From Elainellaceae cyanobacterium (lineage in GTDB: Bacteria; Cyanobacteriota; Cyanobacteriia; CAZCXK01): DNA of 40,069 bases. Where the stretch lies: positions 18,650-58,718 of the forward strand of contig JBNPEG010000015.1 in NCBI GenBank assembly GCA_051117555.1. The letters are read 5' to 3'. Position numbers and translations under genes: made by a program. This document shows, in pieces, positions 8,240-16,773 of the stretch (its first letter is position 1; each line of letters opens with the position of its first letter). Under the pieces are notes generated by a model. That model had not been told where the DNA came from, made no database searches, and saw only the letters and a program-made list of their open reading frames with translations.

Positions 8240-10250
8240 ATGCGCTTTGTTCCGAATGATTCTCTTTTTAGTGACCAATGGTATCTCCTCAATGTAGGTC
8301 AATCCGTTAGTACGGGGCAGTGGGGCGGGTTAGCCGGTGAAGACCTCAACGTTTTGCCGGTTTGGGAGCGCGGCATCACGGGGCAAGGGGTCGTCATCGG
8401 CATCGTGGATGATGGGTTGCAATATGACCACCCCGATTTGAGCACTAACTATCGCAGCGATTTGAGTATCGACATTGTTGATGGTGATGCTGACCCCCAT
8501 TCCCCTGTTGGCTGACGAAAACTTTCACGGAACCTCTGTGGCTGGCATTGCAGCCGGTCGAGGAGGAAACGGCATCGGTATTACAGGGGTTGCCCCAGAT
8601 GCCTCCCTCGCAGGAATTCGCTTAATCACCACCCGTATTGTGAGTGATCGCCAAGAAGCCGCCGCAATGTCCTATCGAAATCAAGAGATTGCTATTTATA
8701 ACAACAGTTGGGGACCTGCTGACACCGCCGAATTAGCAGCCCCGGGGCCTCAGTTCTTAAACGCACTAAAAAATGGCGTCAAGCGAGGTAGAGGAGGGCT
8801 TGGCAGCATTTTTGTTTGGGCGGCAGGCAACGGCAGGCAGCAGAGCGACAACGTAAATTATGACGGGTATGCCAATTCTCGTTACACGATTGCCGTTGCG
8901 TCAGTAACCCCCTTTGGACGACAGGCTAACTACAGCGAACCGGGTGCATCCATTTTGGTCTCAGCCTTTGGAGACGGCGATTTTATAGGCATCACATCGG
9001 TCGATCTGGAGGACACCGAAGGTTACAACTCATCTGGGGAAGGCATCTTTGGCGTTAACTATGCCGATTTTGACTATACCAACGACTTCGGAGGCACATC
9101 CGCCTCTGCACCCATGGTGTCAGGCGTCGTTGCCCTCATGCTAGAGGCAAATCCAGCGTTATCATGGCGAGATGTTCAACACATTTTGGTGAATACGGCA
9201 CGGCACAATGATCCCCTCGATACTGACTGGCGCTTCAACGGAGCCGGACACCTCGTTAATCACAACTACGGATTTGGGGTCGTTGATGCCGAGGCCGCAG
9301 TTAACGTTGCTCAGTCTTGGATACCCGTTGCTCGTGAACGGTCGTCTAAATCGGGTCGAATCCAAGTCAGGCAAGAGATTCCTGATAATGACCCAACGGG
9401 CTTGGTGTCAACAGTTACGGTAGAAGACAATCTTAAGGTGGAATGGGTCGAAGTCGTCTTTGATGCCGATCATCGATCGAGTGACGATTTAAATGTGGTG
9501 CTGGTGTCGCCCGATGGCACGGAGTCGGTGCTGGCAGAACAATTCAATGCCCGAGGGATTGACCACGGCGATTACAACAACTGGCTGTTTACGTCTGCTC
9601 GTCAGTGGGACGAATTTGCGGTCGGCACGTGGAGGTTGCGCGTTTCGGATACAAGCACCGCTCACAAGGGCACATGGAACGCTTGGACATTACGAATCCA
9701 TGGAACACAAACCTTTGTCGAGACGCCGTGGGCCGATGAGCTGGTTGGAACTAGCGGTGATGATGCGATCGCCGGGAAGCAGGGTAACGATCGGCTGATA
9801 GGGTTAGGCGGCAGCGATCGCTTAGTGGGTGGCAGAGGACGCGATCACCTCAACGGTAACGGTCATGCAGATAGTCTGCTAGGCGGCACCGGCGGCGATC
9901 GCCTATTCGGGAATCAGGGGCGAGATACGCTAGACGGCGGTCATGGCAAAGACCATCTAGACGGCGGAATTGGCAAAGACACTCTCATTGGAGGTCTGAA
10001 AACCGACTTTCTTACTGGGGGGCGCGGACGCGACACCTTTGTATTAGAAAAAGGGGTCGGGCGGGACACGATTCTAGATTTTAAGATCCAGCGCGATCGC
10101 CTGGGAATGTCTGACAATATCAGCTTCGACGATCTCGATATTATTGAGCGCGGTGCAAATACGTTAATCAAGCACGGGCGCGATCGCCTCGCCCTCGTGT
10201 TAGATATCGACCCTCATCAGCTCGATCGCCATGATTTTGTGACGATCTGA
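8240..10250 (+). pseudogene. Frameshifted S8 (kexin/furin-like) serine peptidase with P-domain and RTX Ca-binding repeats; pseudogene, phase variant or sequence error
   Basis: The catalytic Asp (GIVDDG) is in ORF 8240-8515. His (HGTSVAG), oxyanion Asn (WAAGNG) and Ser (GGTSASAP) are in ORF 8475-10250. Deleting one C from the C5 run at 8494-8498 fuses them. GGxGxDxL nonapeptides lie at the C-terminus. Confidence 0.85.
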
Positions 10251-10320
10251 TTCACAACACTTCAAAGCTGCTGTACTCAAAGCTGCGTATATCCATTCTA
10301 GGAAACCCCCAAGACTCCCT

Positions 10321-11274
10321 TTATCTCAGCGAATCTCGAAGGGTTTGTTCGGGCGATCGCGGTTGCCAGCCAAGGGTTTGACATGCTTTGGTTGCATCGA
10401 CTCTGACACAGCGATCGTAAATATAATGCACGCGTTCACGGCTGATGGGGGGTTGCCACGTGAGCAGACGACCCACGGGGGTGAGAATTGTGCCAACCAG
10501 CCGCACGATCGGTTCAGGAATTTCGATGGGGACAGACATTCCGGTTTCTTGGCTGAGGAATTCAAACATATCGCGAGTCGTCATATCGCCCGCCGAAAAG
10601 ATATAGTAGTCCCCGCGATTTCCCTTTTCAGCCGCCAACAGCATCCCGTCAACGAGATCATCCACATGCACAATGCCGGTGACGCGATCGCCCCCTGCCC
10701 AGACTCGGAGTTTTCCCTTGAGAAACGTCTTTAAAACAGGACCAAAGTGCGGATCATCCGCTCCAAAGATGCCAGATGGCATCACGCTGACGACATGAAA
10801 CCCTTGGGAAGCAGCCTGATCGACAAGCTGTTGAGCGAGATATTTCGTGCGATCGTAGGCCGATGAGAAATCTTTTTGAGTCCGTTCAAAGGTTTCGTTG
10901 ATTACCTGTCCTTGCGTGTCCCCAAAAACGCCGATGGTGCTGCAATACACCATTTTCGGCACTCCCAACTCCCGTGCAACCTCTAATACAGCCCGGGTGC
11001 CTTCGACGTTGACGGTTTCCATCTTGGCATCATCAACCAAACCCAGTTCGACATAGGCGGCAATGTGAAAGACCACGTCAGCGTCTGCCATGCCGGTTTT
11101 GAGAGCATCGCGATCGGTAATGTCGCCCTGCACGAATTGAATGTCGCAATCTGCCAATCGAGACAAGTCGCTCGTTTTGCGCACCAGCCCAGCGATTGTA
11201 TCTCCTCGTTGATTGAGGGCATGCGCCAGATGAGAGCCTGTAAATCCATTAATGCCGGTAATAAATGCTTTCAT
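10321..11274 (-). CDS. NAD(P)-dependent epimerase/dehydratase family extended SDR (HpnA/DFR-like)
   Basis: ITGINGFTG, GDITD, VFHIAA, VNVEGT, YCST, YDRTK (YxxxK), VHVDD. Its ATG overlaps the upstream stop (ATGA). Confidence 0.9.
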   Translation of the reverse strand: MKAFITGINGFTGSHLAHALNQRGDTIAGLVRKTSDLSRLADCDIQFVQGDITDRDALKTGMADADVVFHIAAYVELGLVDDAKMETVNVEGTRAVLEVARELGVPKMVYCSTIGVFGDTQGQVINETFERTQKDFSSAYDRTKYLAQQLVDQAASQGFHVVSVMPSGIFGADDPHFGPVLKTFLKGKLRVWAGGDRVTGIVHVDDLVDGMLLAAEKGNRGDYYIFSAGDMTTRDMFEFLSQETGMSVPIEIPEPIVRLVGTILTPVGRLLTWQPPISRERVHYIYDRCVRVDATKACQTLGWQPRSPEQTLRDSLR

Positions 11275-12428
11275 AGTGACTTCTCGTAGATGCGGTACGT
11301 TTTATAAATTTTGCCCCCTGCCGCCTCGGTCACCTTTCGTGAGGGATAGTTGTCTTCATAGACATACCCCAGTTCGGCTTGCTGATACGGAGCACGCTTG
11401 TTTGCGGTGCCGCCTTCCATTCCGAGATAAATCAATGCCAGCGGTACGAGCTTGCGAATAAATTCGGGCAAGGAACAAATCACGATGACACGAGCCTGAT
11501 TAATCATGCGGCGATACCACAAAAATTTGAGAATGCCCCACCCATTCAACCTCCCATTGACGTGTTTGAGAGCGATGTTATAGTCGGGCAACGCCATAAA
11601 GAAACCAATCATGTTGCCGTTGTACTCCGCAATCCAGAAGATGTCGGGGTCAACTAGGCTTTGCAGCTCCTTAGCTTCTTCCATGAATTCGTCTCGGGTG
11701 CGAGGAGTCGAGCTGTAATTGTTGGCAAAGGCAGTCGTAAACAGCCGATAAAGCCCCTCACAATCGCGTTTAAATTCGTCTCCTTTGGTGTGCAGCTTAC
11801 GAAACACGACCCCTGATTTTAATGCAATGCGATAGCCCTTCTCAAATTCAGACGGTAACGGTTCACCTGGAAAATGATAGGCATAGGCATCTTTCGCTTT
11901 TTGCCAACCGGCTTGCTCCATAAATTGAGGGTAATAGGGAGGGTTGTACGGCATCAGCATATAGGGCGATGAATCAAAGCCATCGACCAGCATTAGGCAG
12001 CCATTGTGGGTAGACAGATTAATTGGACCGCGAACCGTCGTCATGCCGCGATCGCGCAACCAGTCACAGGCCGCATTGAACAACGCCTGGGCGATGTTGA
12101 AATCATCAATGCATTCAAAAAAGCCAAATAGCCCAATTTGCTCTCCTTCTCGCTCGATCAAGCGCTGATTCACTGCGGCAACGATGCGACCGACGGCTTC
12201 AGTTTTATCGTCCGCTTCACGAATTGCGATAAACGGTTGTAGTGAGCCGTATTCTAAAAACGGATTCTCGTCTGAAAAATTTTTAGCAACGCTGCTGCGA
12301 AGCGGCTGCACCCAATGAGGATCGTTCGCATACACCCGTTTGGGCACGTCCAGAAATTGTTCTATTTCGTTCGGAGTCGTGACCGCGCGAATGTGAACCG
12401 TTGCTGACGTGCTAGTTGCAGTAGTCAT
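11271..12428 (-). CDS. GNAT-fold N-acyltransferase of the YghO / bacterial ceramide synthase (bCerS)-like family
   Basis: VYANDPHWVQPL, NPF, VGRIVA, GLFGFFECIDD, WLRDRGMTTVRGPINLS, LVDGFD...MPYNPPYY, ALPDYN, ELGYVYEDN, KTYRIYEK. Family recognised from memory of these motifs. Confidence 0.75.
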   Translation of the reverse strand: MTTATSTSATVHIRAVTTPNEIEQFLDVPKRVYANDPHWVQPLRSSVAKNFSDENPFLEYGSLQPFIAIREADDKTEAVGRIVAAVNQRLIEREGEQIGLFGFFECIDDFNIAQALFNAACDWLRDRGMTTVRGPINLSTHNGCLMLVDGFDSSPYMLMPYNPPYYPQFMEQAGWQKAKDAYAYHFPGEPLPSEFEKGYRIALKSGVVFRKLHTKGDEFKRDCEGLYRLFTTAFANNYSSTPRTRDEFMEEAKELQSLVDPDIFWIAEYNGNMIGFFMALPDYNIALKHVNGRLNGWGILKFLWYRRMINQARVIVICSLPEFIRKLVPLALIYLGMEGGTANKRAPYQQAELGYVYEDNYPSRKVTEAAGGKIYKTYRIYEKSL

Positions 12429-12551
12429 GATCGTTTTTGGAGAGAAATGATGCTAGTATCCCCAAATTAAATCATTTGCTGCGCTGTTTGTGGGGCGATC
12501 GCGTGTCGTTTCTCGGAGTGTCTGCGTGGGGCAATATGGCGGTATGCGCTT

Positions 12552-12612
12552 GGGTTGAGTACGGTGGTGCGGGGCGCGACCCCCACCACTCACAACCCAT
12601 GTGGGATTGCTA
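12552..12612 (-). mobile_element. MITE-like dispersed repeat, family 1, copy B (partial: left end plus hairpin)
   Basis: The minus strand reads TA-TAGCAATCCCACATGGGTTGTGAGTGGTGGGGG...CCCCGCACCAC...CAACCC. The right terminus is not recognisable. Confidence 0.65.
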
Positions 12613-12740
12613 TATTTGACAGTATCTAGGGAGAATATCTAGAGACAAGATAAGTAGATTCGATGAAGAACCGTCTCTATCGAGATTAGAAGGTTATATT
12701 GAGCACATAATCTGTCTCACTCGTATACTCAACCTGTATT

Positions 12741-13001
12741 ATGGATCGCCTCACCATCCAAGACGCTCAACAACAACTTCTTGATTTGCCCAACCAGCTT
12801 GCTAACGAGCCTGTGATTATCACCCGTGATGGTCAACCTGTAATGGCAGCGATGAGCTATGAGCAATTGACGTCCTTGCTTGAAACGTTAGATATTTTGG
12901 CAGATACGGATTTTGCAGACCTTCTGCAACACAGTATTTCCCAGGCAGACCGGGGTGAAACATTTTGTTGGGATGACGTTCAAATTCAGCTTGATGTATG
13001 A
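12741..13001 (+). CDS. Type II toxin-antitoxin antitoxin, Phd/YefM family
   Basis: 86 aa acidic protein with LTIQDAQQQL...EPVIITRDGQPVMAAMSYEQLTSLLETLDIL. ATGA overlap with the downstream toxin. Confidence 0.9.
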   Translation: MDRLTIQDAQQQLLDLPNQLANEPVIITRDGQPVMAAMSYEQLTSLLETLDILADTDFADLLQHSISQADRGETFCWDDVQIQLDV

Positions 13002-13315
13002 CCGATTCGTCTCGCTATACAATTCGCGTGACTCCGCTCGCCCTTCAGCGGCTGGCGCGTATCACTGACCCCTGCGATCGCGACGCAATTGGCGATCGCA
13101 TTCGTCATCTTAATCACGAACCAGAAACTCAGGGTCACCCTCTGATTGGCAAACTCTTTGGCTATCGAAGCGTCAAAGCGGCTAATCATTGCTATCGAAT
13201 CGTGTATCGATTAGAGCACCGGGCGGTCGTCGTGCTGATGGTTGAGCGTGAGCATCATAACGGGGCTGCTCGAACGCCTATAGACTTAGTACGAGATTAC
13301 TATACTATAGGGTAA
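12998..13315 (+). CDS. Type II toxin-antitoxin toxin, RelE/ParE family
   Basis: YTIRVTPLALQRL, P..QGHPLIGKLFGYRS, YRIVYRL, VVVLMV. Coupled to the antitoxin. Confidence 0.85.
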   Translation: MTDSSRYTIRVTPLALQRLARITDPCDRDAIGDRIRHLNHEPETQGHPLIGKLFGYRSVKAANHCYRIVYRLEHRAVVVLMVEREHHNGAARTPIDLVRDYYTIG

Positions 13316-13334
13316 GTTTTGCCAAATTTAAGCC

Positions 13335-13826
13335 ATGAGTCTTATAAGCAAACGTCTATCTGTCAGTGAGCTGAGCGATCGCATTTTAGACATGGCAAAA
13401 ACCGGCGTGTATCGCCAGTCGGTGCTTGAAGCATTAGCGCCCCTTGCGACTCAAAAAGAGATTCGGTTGGCGATCGCCTACGCAAAAAAGTTTGGGCTCC
13501 ATTCGGTTTCGAGTTTGCGAGATACAGAATTGGGAACCTACTATCAGCTCGATGTTGCGAAATACGAGTCATTACGCCACGCGTTGCATTGCTCGATTGA
13601 GCTAAATGATGAGCACCTGTTTAAGTCGGCTGTCGACTTAACTCAGACCATTCGAACCATGCTTGTGAGTGCTAAAGCTCTCGCAATTAGTTTATTGACG
13701 ATTGGAATACTCAGTACATTTATCAATCATGGACAGGTGAATCTAAGTATATTCGCAGGGGCGATCGGCGTAGCAGGGGTATGGCTAATTCAGCGCATTT
13801 TGGCACAGCGAGTGTTGCCTCGCTAA
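13335..13826 (+). CDS. Hypothetical protein with a soluble N-domain and two C-terminal TM helices
   Basis: 163 aa ORF starting 19 bp after the toxin stop. Hydrophobic segments LAISLLTIGILSTFI and LSIFAGAIGVAGVWLI. Confidence 0.75.
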   Translation: MSLISKRLSVSELSDRILDMAKTGVYRQSVLEALAPLATQKEIRLAIAYAKKFGLHSVSSLRDTELGTYYQLDVAKYESLRHALHCSIELNDEHLFKSAVDLTQTIRTMLVSAKALAISLLTIGILSTFINHGQVNLSIFAGAIGVAGVWLIQRILAQRVLPR

Positions 13827-13842
13827 CCCAAGCCTACCTAGC

Positions 13843-13908
13843 TCAAATTAGCAATTCAAACTAGCGATTTCAAATTGCCGATTTCAAATTGCTGACGTGA
13901 AATTGCTG
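13843..13908. repeat. Degenerate 13-14 bp tandem repeat (TCAAATTGCCGATT-like), 5 copies
   Basis: TCAAATTAGCAAT, TCAAACTAGCGATT, TCAAATTGCCGATT, TCAAATTGCTGACG, TGAAATTGCTG, lying between the CDS stop and the tRNA 3' end. Confidence 0.75.
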
Positions 13909-13916
13909 CTATCGTA

Positions 13917-13989
13917 CGAGCATGAAGGGATTCGAACCCCCGACCCTCAGAACCGGAATCTGATGCTCTATCCACTGAGCTACATGCCC
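13917..13989 (-). tRNA. trnR: tRNA-Arg(CCG)
   Basis: The minus strand reads GGGCATGTAGCTCAGTGGATAGAGCATCAGATTCCGGTTCTGAGGGTCGGGGGTTCGAATCCCTTCATGCTCG. It has a cloverleaf with anticodon CCG, a TTCGAAT T-loop and no encoded CCA. Confidence 0.97.
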
Positions 13990-14048
13990 TTGCAAAATGT
14001 CTTGCATCTCTGGCGAGTATAGCATTTCTATGATTTCTTTGAGGATTT

Positions 14049-14531
14049 ATGACCTATAAGCTCCTATTCGTCTGTTTGGGCAACATTTGCCGATCGCCCT
14101 CTGCTGAAGGGATTATGAATCATCTCATTCAGCACTATCACCTCCAACATGAGATCGTTTGCGACTCATCTGGGACATCGGATTATCATATCGGTAAGCC
14201 ACCCGATGAACGAATGACGCTAGCTGCCTATCAACAAGGAATCCAGCTTAAGGGACAAGCTCGTCAGTTTCATCCTCGTGATTTTGAAGCCTTTGATTTA
14301 ATCCTCGCAATGGATCGAGACAATTACGCCGATATTCTGAGCCTTGATTCTACTGGGCAATATCGCCATAAAGTGAAGCTAATGTGCGATTTCTGCCGTC
14401 ACTATCCTGATAAAGAAGTCCCCGATCCCTATTATGGGGGGCCAGAAGGCTTTAATTACGTGATTGATTTACTACTCGATGCGTGTAATGGGTTAGTCGA
14501 ACACATCAAACGCGTTCAAGGAATTCGATAG
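14049..14531 (+). CDS. Low-molecular-weight protein-tyrosine phosphatase
   Basis: P-loop VCLGNICRS, DLILAMD and VPDPYYGG. GAGG RBS. Confidence 0.95.
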   Translation: MTYKLLFVCLGNICRSPSAEGIMNHLIQHYHLQHEIVCDSSGTSDYHIGKPPDERMTLAAYQQGIQLKGQARQFHPRDFEAFDLILAMDRDNYADILSLDSTGQYRHKVKLMCDFCRHYPDKEVPDPYYGGPEGFNYVIDLLLDACNGLVEHIKRVQGIR

Positions 14532-14608
14532 ATTGTCCATCTGATTAGAGGGTCTGGTTTATTCGTTGTAGCGGCATCTACGAGCTATTACGGAGATGTA
14601 ACCTTTCC

Positions 14609-14842
14609 CTAGAGACTCGATTCATCCGAATCGGGAGGGTCGTCATCTGACGTGTCATCACCTACGACCCATTGGCTCAACCGTCCAGACAGTTGAGCAA
14701 CGCCAATTCCTAGGCTAACAACGACAAGCCAATACAGCGCTTGGGATAGGGTTGGCATCCCATCGAGCGTAAGCGCATCCGTCAAGGTATCCAGTCCAAA
14801 CACGGGTGTGTTAATCTCCACATTTATTTTCTTGAATTGCAC
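14609..14842 (-). CDS. Possible small single-TM protein with an acidic tail
   Basis: 77 aa with a GTG start, one hydrophobic helix (ALYWLVVVSLGIGVA) and a D/S-rich end. No family recognised. Confidence 0.3.
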   Translation of the reverse strand: MQFKKINVEINTPVFGLDTLTDALTLDGMPTLSQALYWLVVVSLGIGVAQLSGRLSQWVVGDDTSDDDPPDSDESSL

Positions 14843-14912
14843 GTAGTTTAAGCTACCGATAGGGTGTCGATTTCCTAGATGTGTGCTCCCATCTTCCGCA
14901 TATCTACTTATA

Positions 14913-15002
14913 TAGCCCTACGGGCTTAGGTTTGTGTGGTAAGCTCCCGCGCCACGGGGGCTCACCACCCGTTCAACGTTATAGCGAGAGAGCGTACGGC
15001 TA
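14913..15002. mobile_element. MITE-like element, family 2 (90 bp), flanked by TA
   Basis: TA-TAGCCCTACG ... CGTACGGCTA-TA (11/12 inverted match including the TA). Internal hairpin GTGGTAAGCTCCCG / CGGGGGCTCACCAC. Only one copy in the window. Confidence 0.5.
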
Positions 15003-15337
15003 TATCTTTATTTAGGTTTTATTCAACTTTACAGGCGCTTGACTAGCCCCGAACAGGAACGGTGCAAGTATAGAAATACACGTCCGAGAATTTGCGTAGT
15101 CAGATGTTGCCCCCTATCGACTCGCAATATGTCAGGGTCATAGTCTTCAACTAACCTGTCCCGGATGTTGTTCTTATCAGGGGATCGCCATTTAATGAAT
15201 CTGTTTGAAGTCACCCATTGCAAATGGATGAGCTTGATAATAAACCGCTCAAACTGCTTGCCTCTGGCTTTTGCAGGAATGCTGTTGAATGAGCCTATTG
15301 AATGAGTCCCCGTATATTCGCCCCTCGACTCCGAATC

Positions 15338-15787
15338 ATGAATGCACTAATTAAGGTTTTGTTTTTGCATAGGCAGCCTCGATGTCTTCAAGGATTCACG
15401 CTGATTGAACTTTTAGTTGTCTTTGTTGTGTTAGGTATATTGGCGGCGATCGCCCAACCCACCCTTCTGAGCCACGCCCGCCGAGCAAAAGAAGCTAACG
15501 CCAAAGAATATTTGGGTCAGATTAATCGCGCTCAACAGATGCACTACTTAGAGTTTCGACAGTTTGGTGATTTACCCGAGCTTGGCATCGAAGATGATAT
15601 TCGCTACTACCAAGTCAGCGTAGTCATCAGTCCTCAAGAGGTGATGACCTTAGCTGAACCTAGAACGCCTGAGCTTCAAGGGTTTGCAGGAATCGTCAGC
15701 ATTAATACGATTAACAATGTTGAGCTAACCGAAACTGAAGTGTGTGAAGGCTCACCTGGTCAAGCCCCGACGCGAACGGATTGCTGA
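15338..15787 (+). CDS. Type IV pilin-like protein
   Basis: Prepilin motif G-FTLIELLVVFVVLGILAAIA, KEANAKEYLGQINRAQQMHYLE and a C-terminal Cys pair. ATG at 15338 preferred; 15302 is possible. Confidence 0.9.
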   Translation: MNALIKVLFLHRQPRCLQGFTLIELLVVFVVLGILAAIAQPTLLSHARRAKEANAKEYLGQINRAQQMHYLEFRQFGDLPELGIEDDIRYYQVSVVISPQEVMTLAEPRTPELQGFAGIVSINTINNVELTETEVCEGSPGQAPTRTDC

Positions 15788-15813
15788 CGCTGAAATTGGC
15801 GCATTCTGCAACG

Positions 15814-16575
15814 CTATCGCTGTAACACACCATCTTCTAGATACAGGACGCGATCAGCGATATCTTTGATCCGAGGATCGTGAGTCACCATCAATACGGT
15901 GCATCCTCCCTCTTTGGCAAGATGCCGAAGGAGTGAAATCACCATGTGACCGCTCTGAGAATCAAGAGCAGCGGTCGGTTCGTCTGCCATGATGATGGGC
16001 GGATTCCCTGCTAGGGCACGGGCGATCGCCACCCGTTGTTTCTGACCCCCTGACAAATCGCGGGGTAAGCTGCGTAGCTTGTCTCCTAAGCCAACCTGAT
16101 CTAATAAATCGACTGCTTTCTGACGCGCTGTGCGATCGCGCATTCCTCTCACTTTCAGCGATACCGCAATATTTTCAACGGCGGTCAGTGCTGGGAAGAG
16201 ATTAAATCCCTGAAAAATAAAGCCAATATTACGCAAACGAAATCGAGCTAGCTGAGTTCGAGACATTTGAGTAATGTCGCTTCCCAACAAATGGACGCGA
16301 CCGTGAGTGGGCGTTAAAATGCCCCCAAGAATTGACAGCAGTGTCGTTTTCCCAGACCCAGACGGCCCCATCAATAGCTGAATATCTCCGGTCGCCACTT
16401 CTAAGTTGATATTTTTCAATGCAGCATAGTCCTGATTTCCGCTTCGGAAAACCATTCCAATATCATGGGCGGCGATCGCCAGCGCTTCGGATGTCATGGA
16501 AGGGGTTAAATTGCCAGCACCACTCTTTGCTGCACTCTGGGCAAATGTATTCGGATTAATTTGAGAAGCAGTCAT
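15814..16575 (-). CDS. ABC transporter ATP-binding protein, DevA/LolD-like
   Basis: Walker A GPSGSGKTT, GFIFQGFNL, LSGGQKQRVAIARAL, ADEPT and VTHD. ATG at 16575 chosen over TTG at 16662. Confidence 0.93.
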   Translation of the reverse strand: MTASQINPNTFAQSAAKSGAGNLTPSMTSEALAIAAHDIGMVFRSGNQDYAALKNINLEVATGDIQLLMGPSGSGKTTLLSILGGILTPTHGRVHLLGSDITQMSRTQLARFRLRNIGFIFQGFNLFPALTAVENIAVSLKVRGMRDRTARQKAVDLLDQVGLGDKLRSLPRDLSGGQKQRVAIARALAGNPPIIMADEPTAALDSQSGHMVISLLRHLAKEGGCTVLMVTHDPRIKDIADRVLYLEDGVLQR

Positions 16576-16773
16576 GTGTCGTGTATGTTCCGAGTAGCAG
16601 TCTTCACGATATCTAGGAGGGCAAACCTGGCCGTCAAACTGAAGGGGGTAACTATTCAGCAATAGACCGCAAATTTAATCAGGGAATTAAGATCATGAGT
16701 TACACCCATAGTTCTAGTTTAGTCAGCCTGGTCAGTTAGCTCGGTAACGAGTAACACGGAAGCCAAGCTGAGG

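Noticed and set aside
8475..10250. Independent 591-aa protease gene
   Set aside because: It lacks the catalytic Asp, which lies in the upstream frame. Treated as one frameshifted gene.
12741..13989. Integrative element at tRNA-Arg carrying the TA pair
   Set aside because: No integrase is present, and I saw no duplicated tRNA 3' end (att site) elsewhere in the window.
15029..15223. 64-aa minus-strand ORF upstream of the pilin
   Set aside because: TTG start, no RBS and no recognisable features. Probably promoter-region noise.
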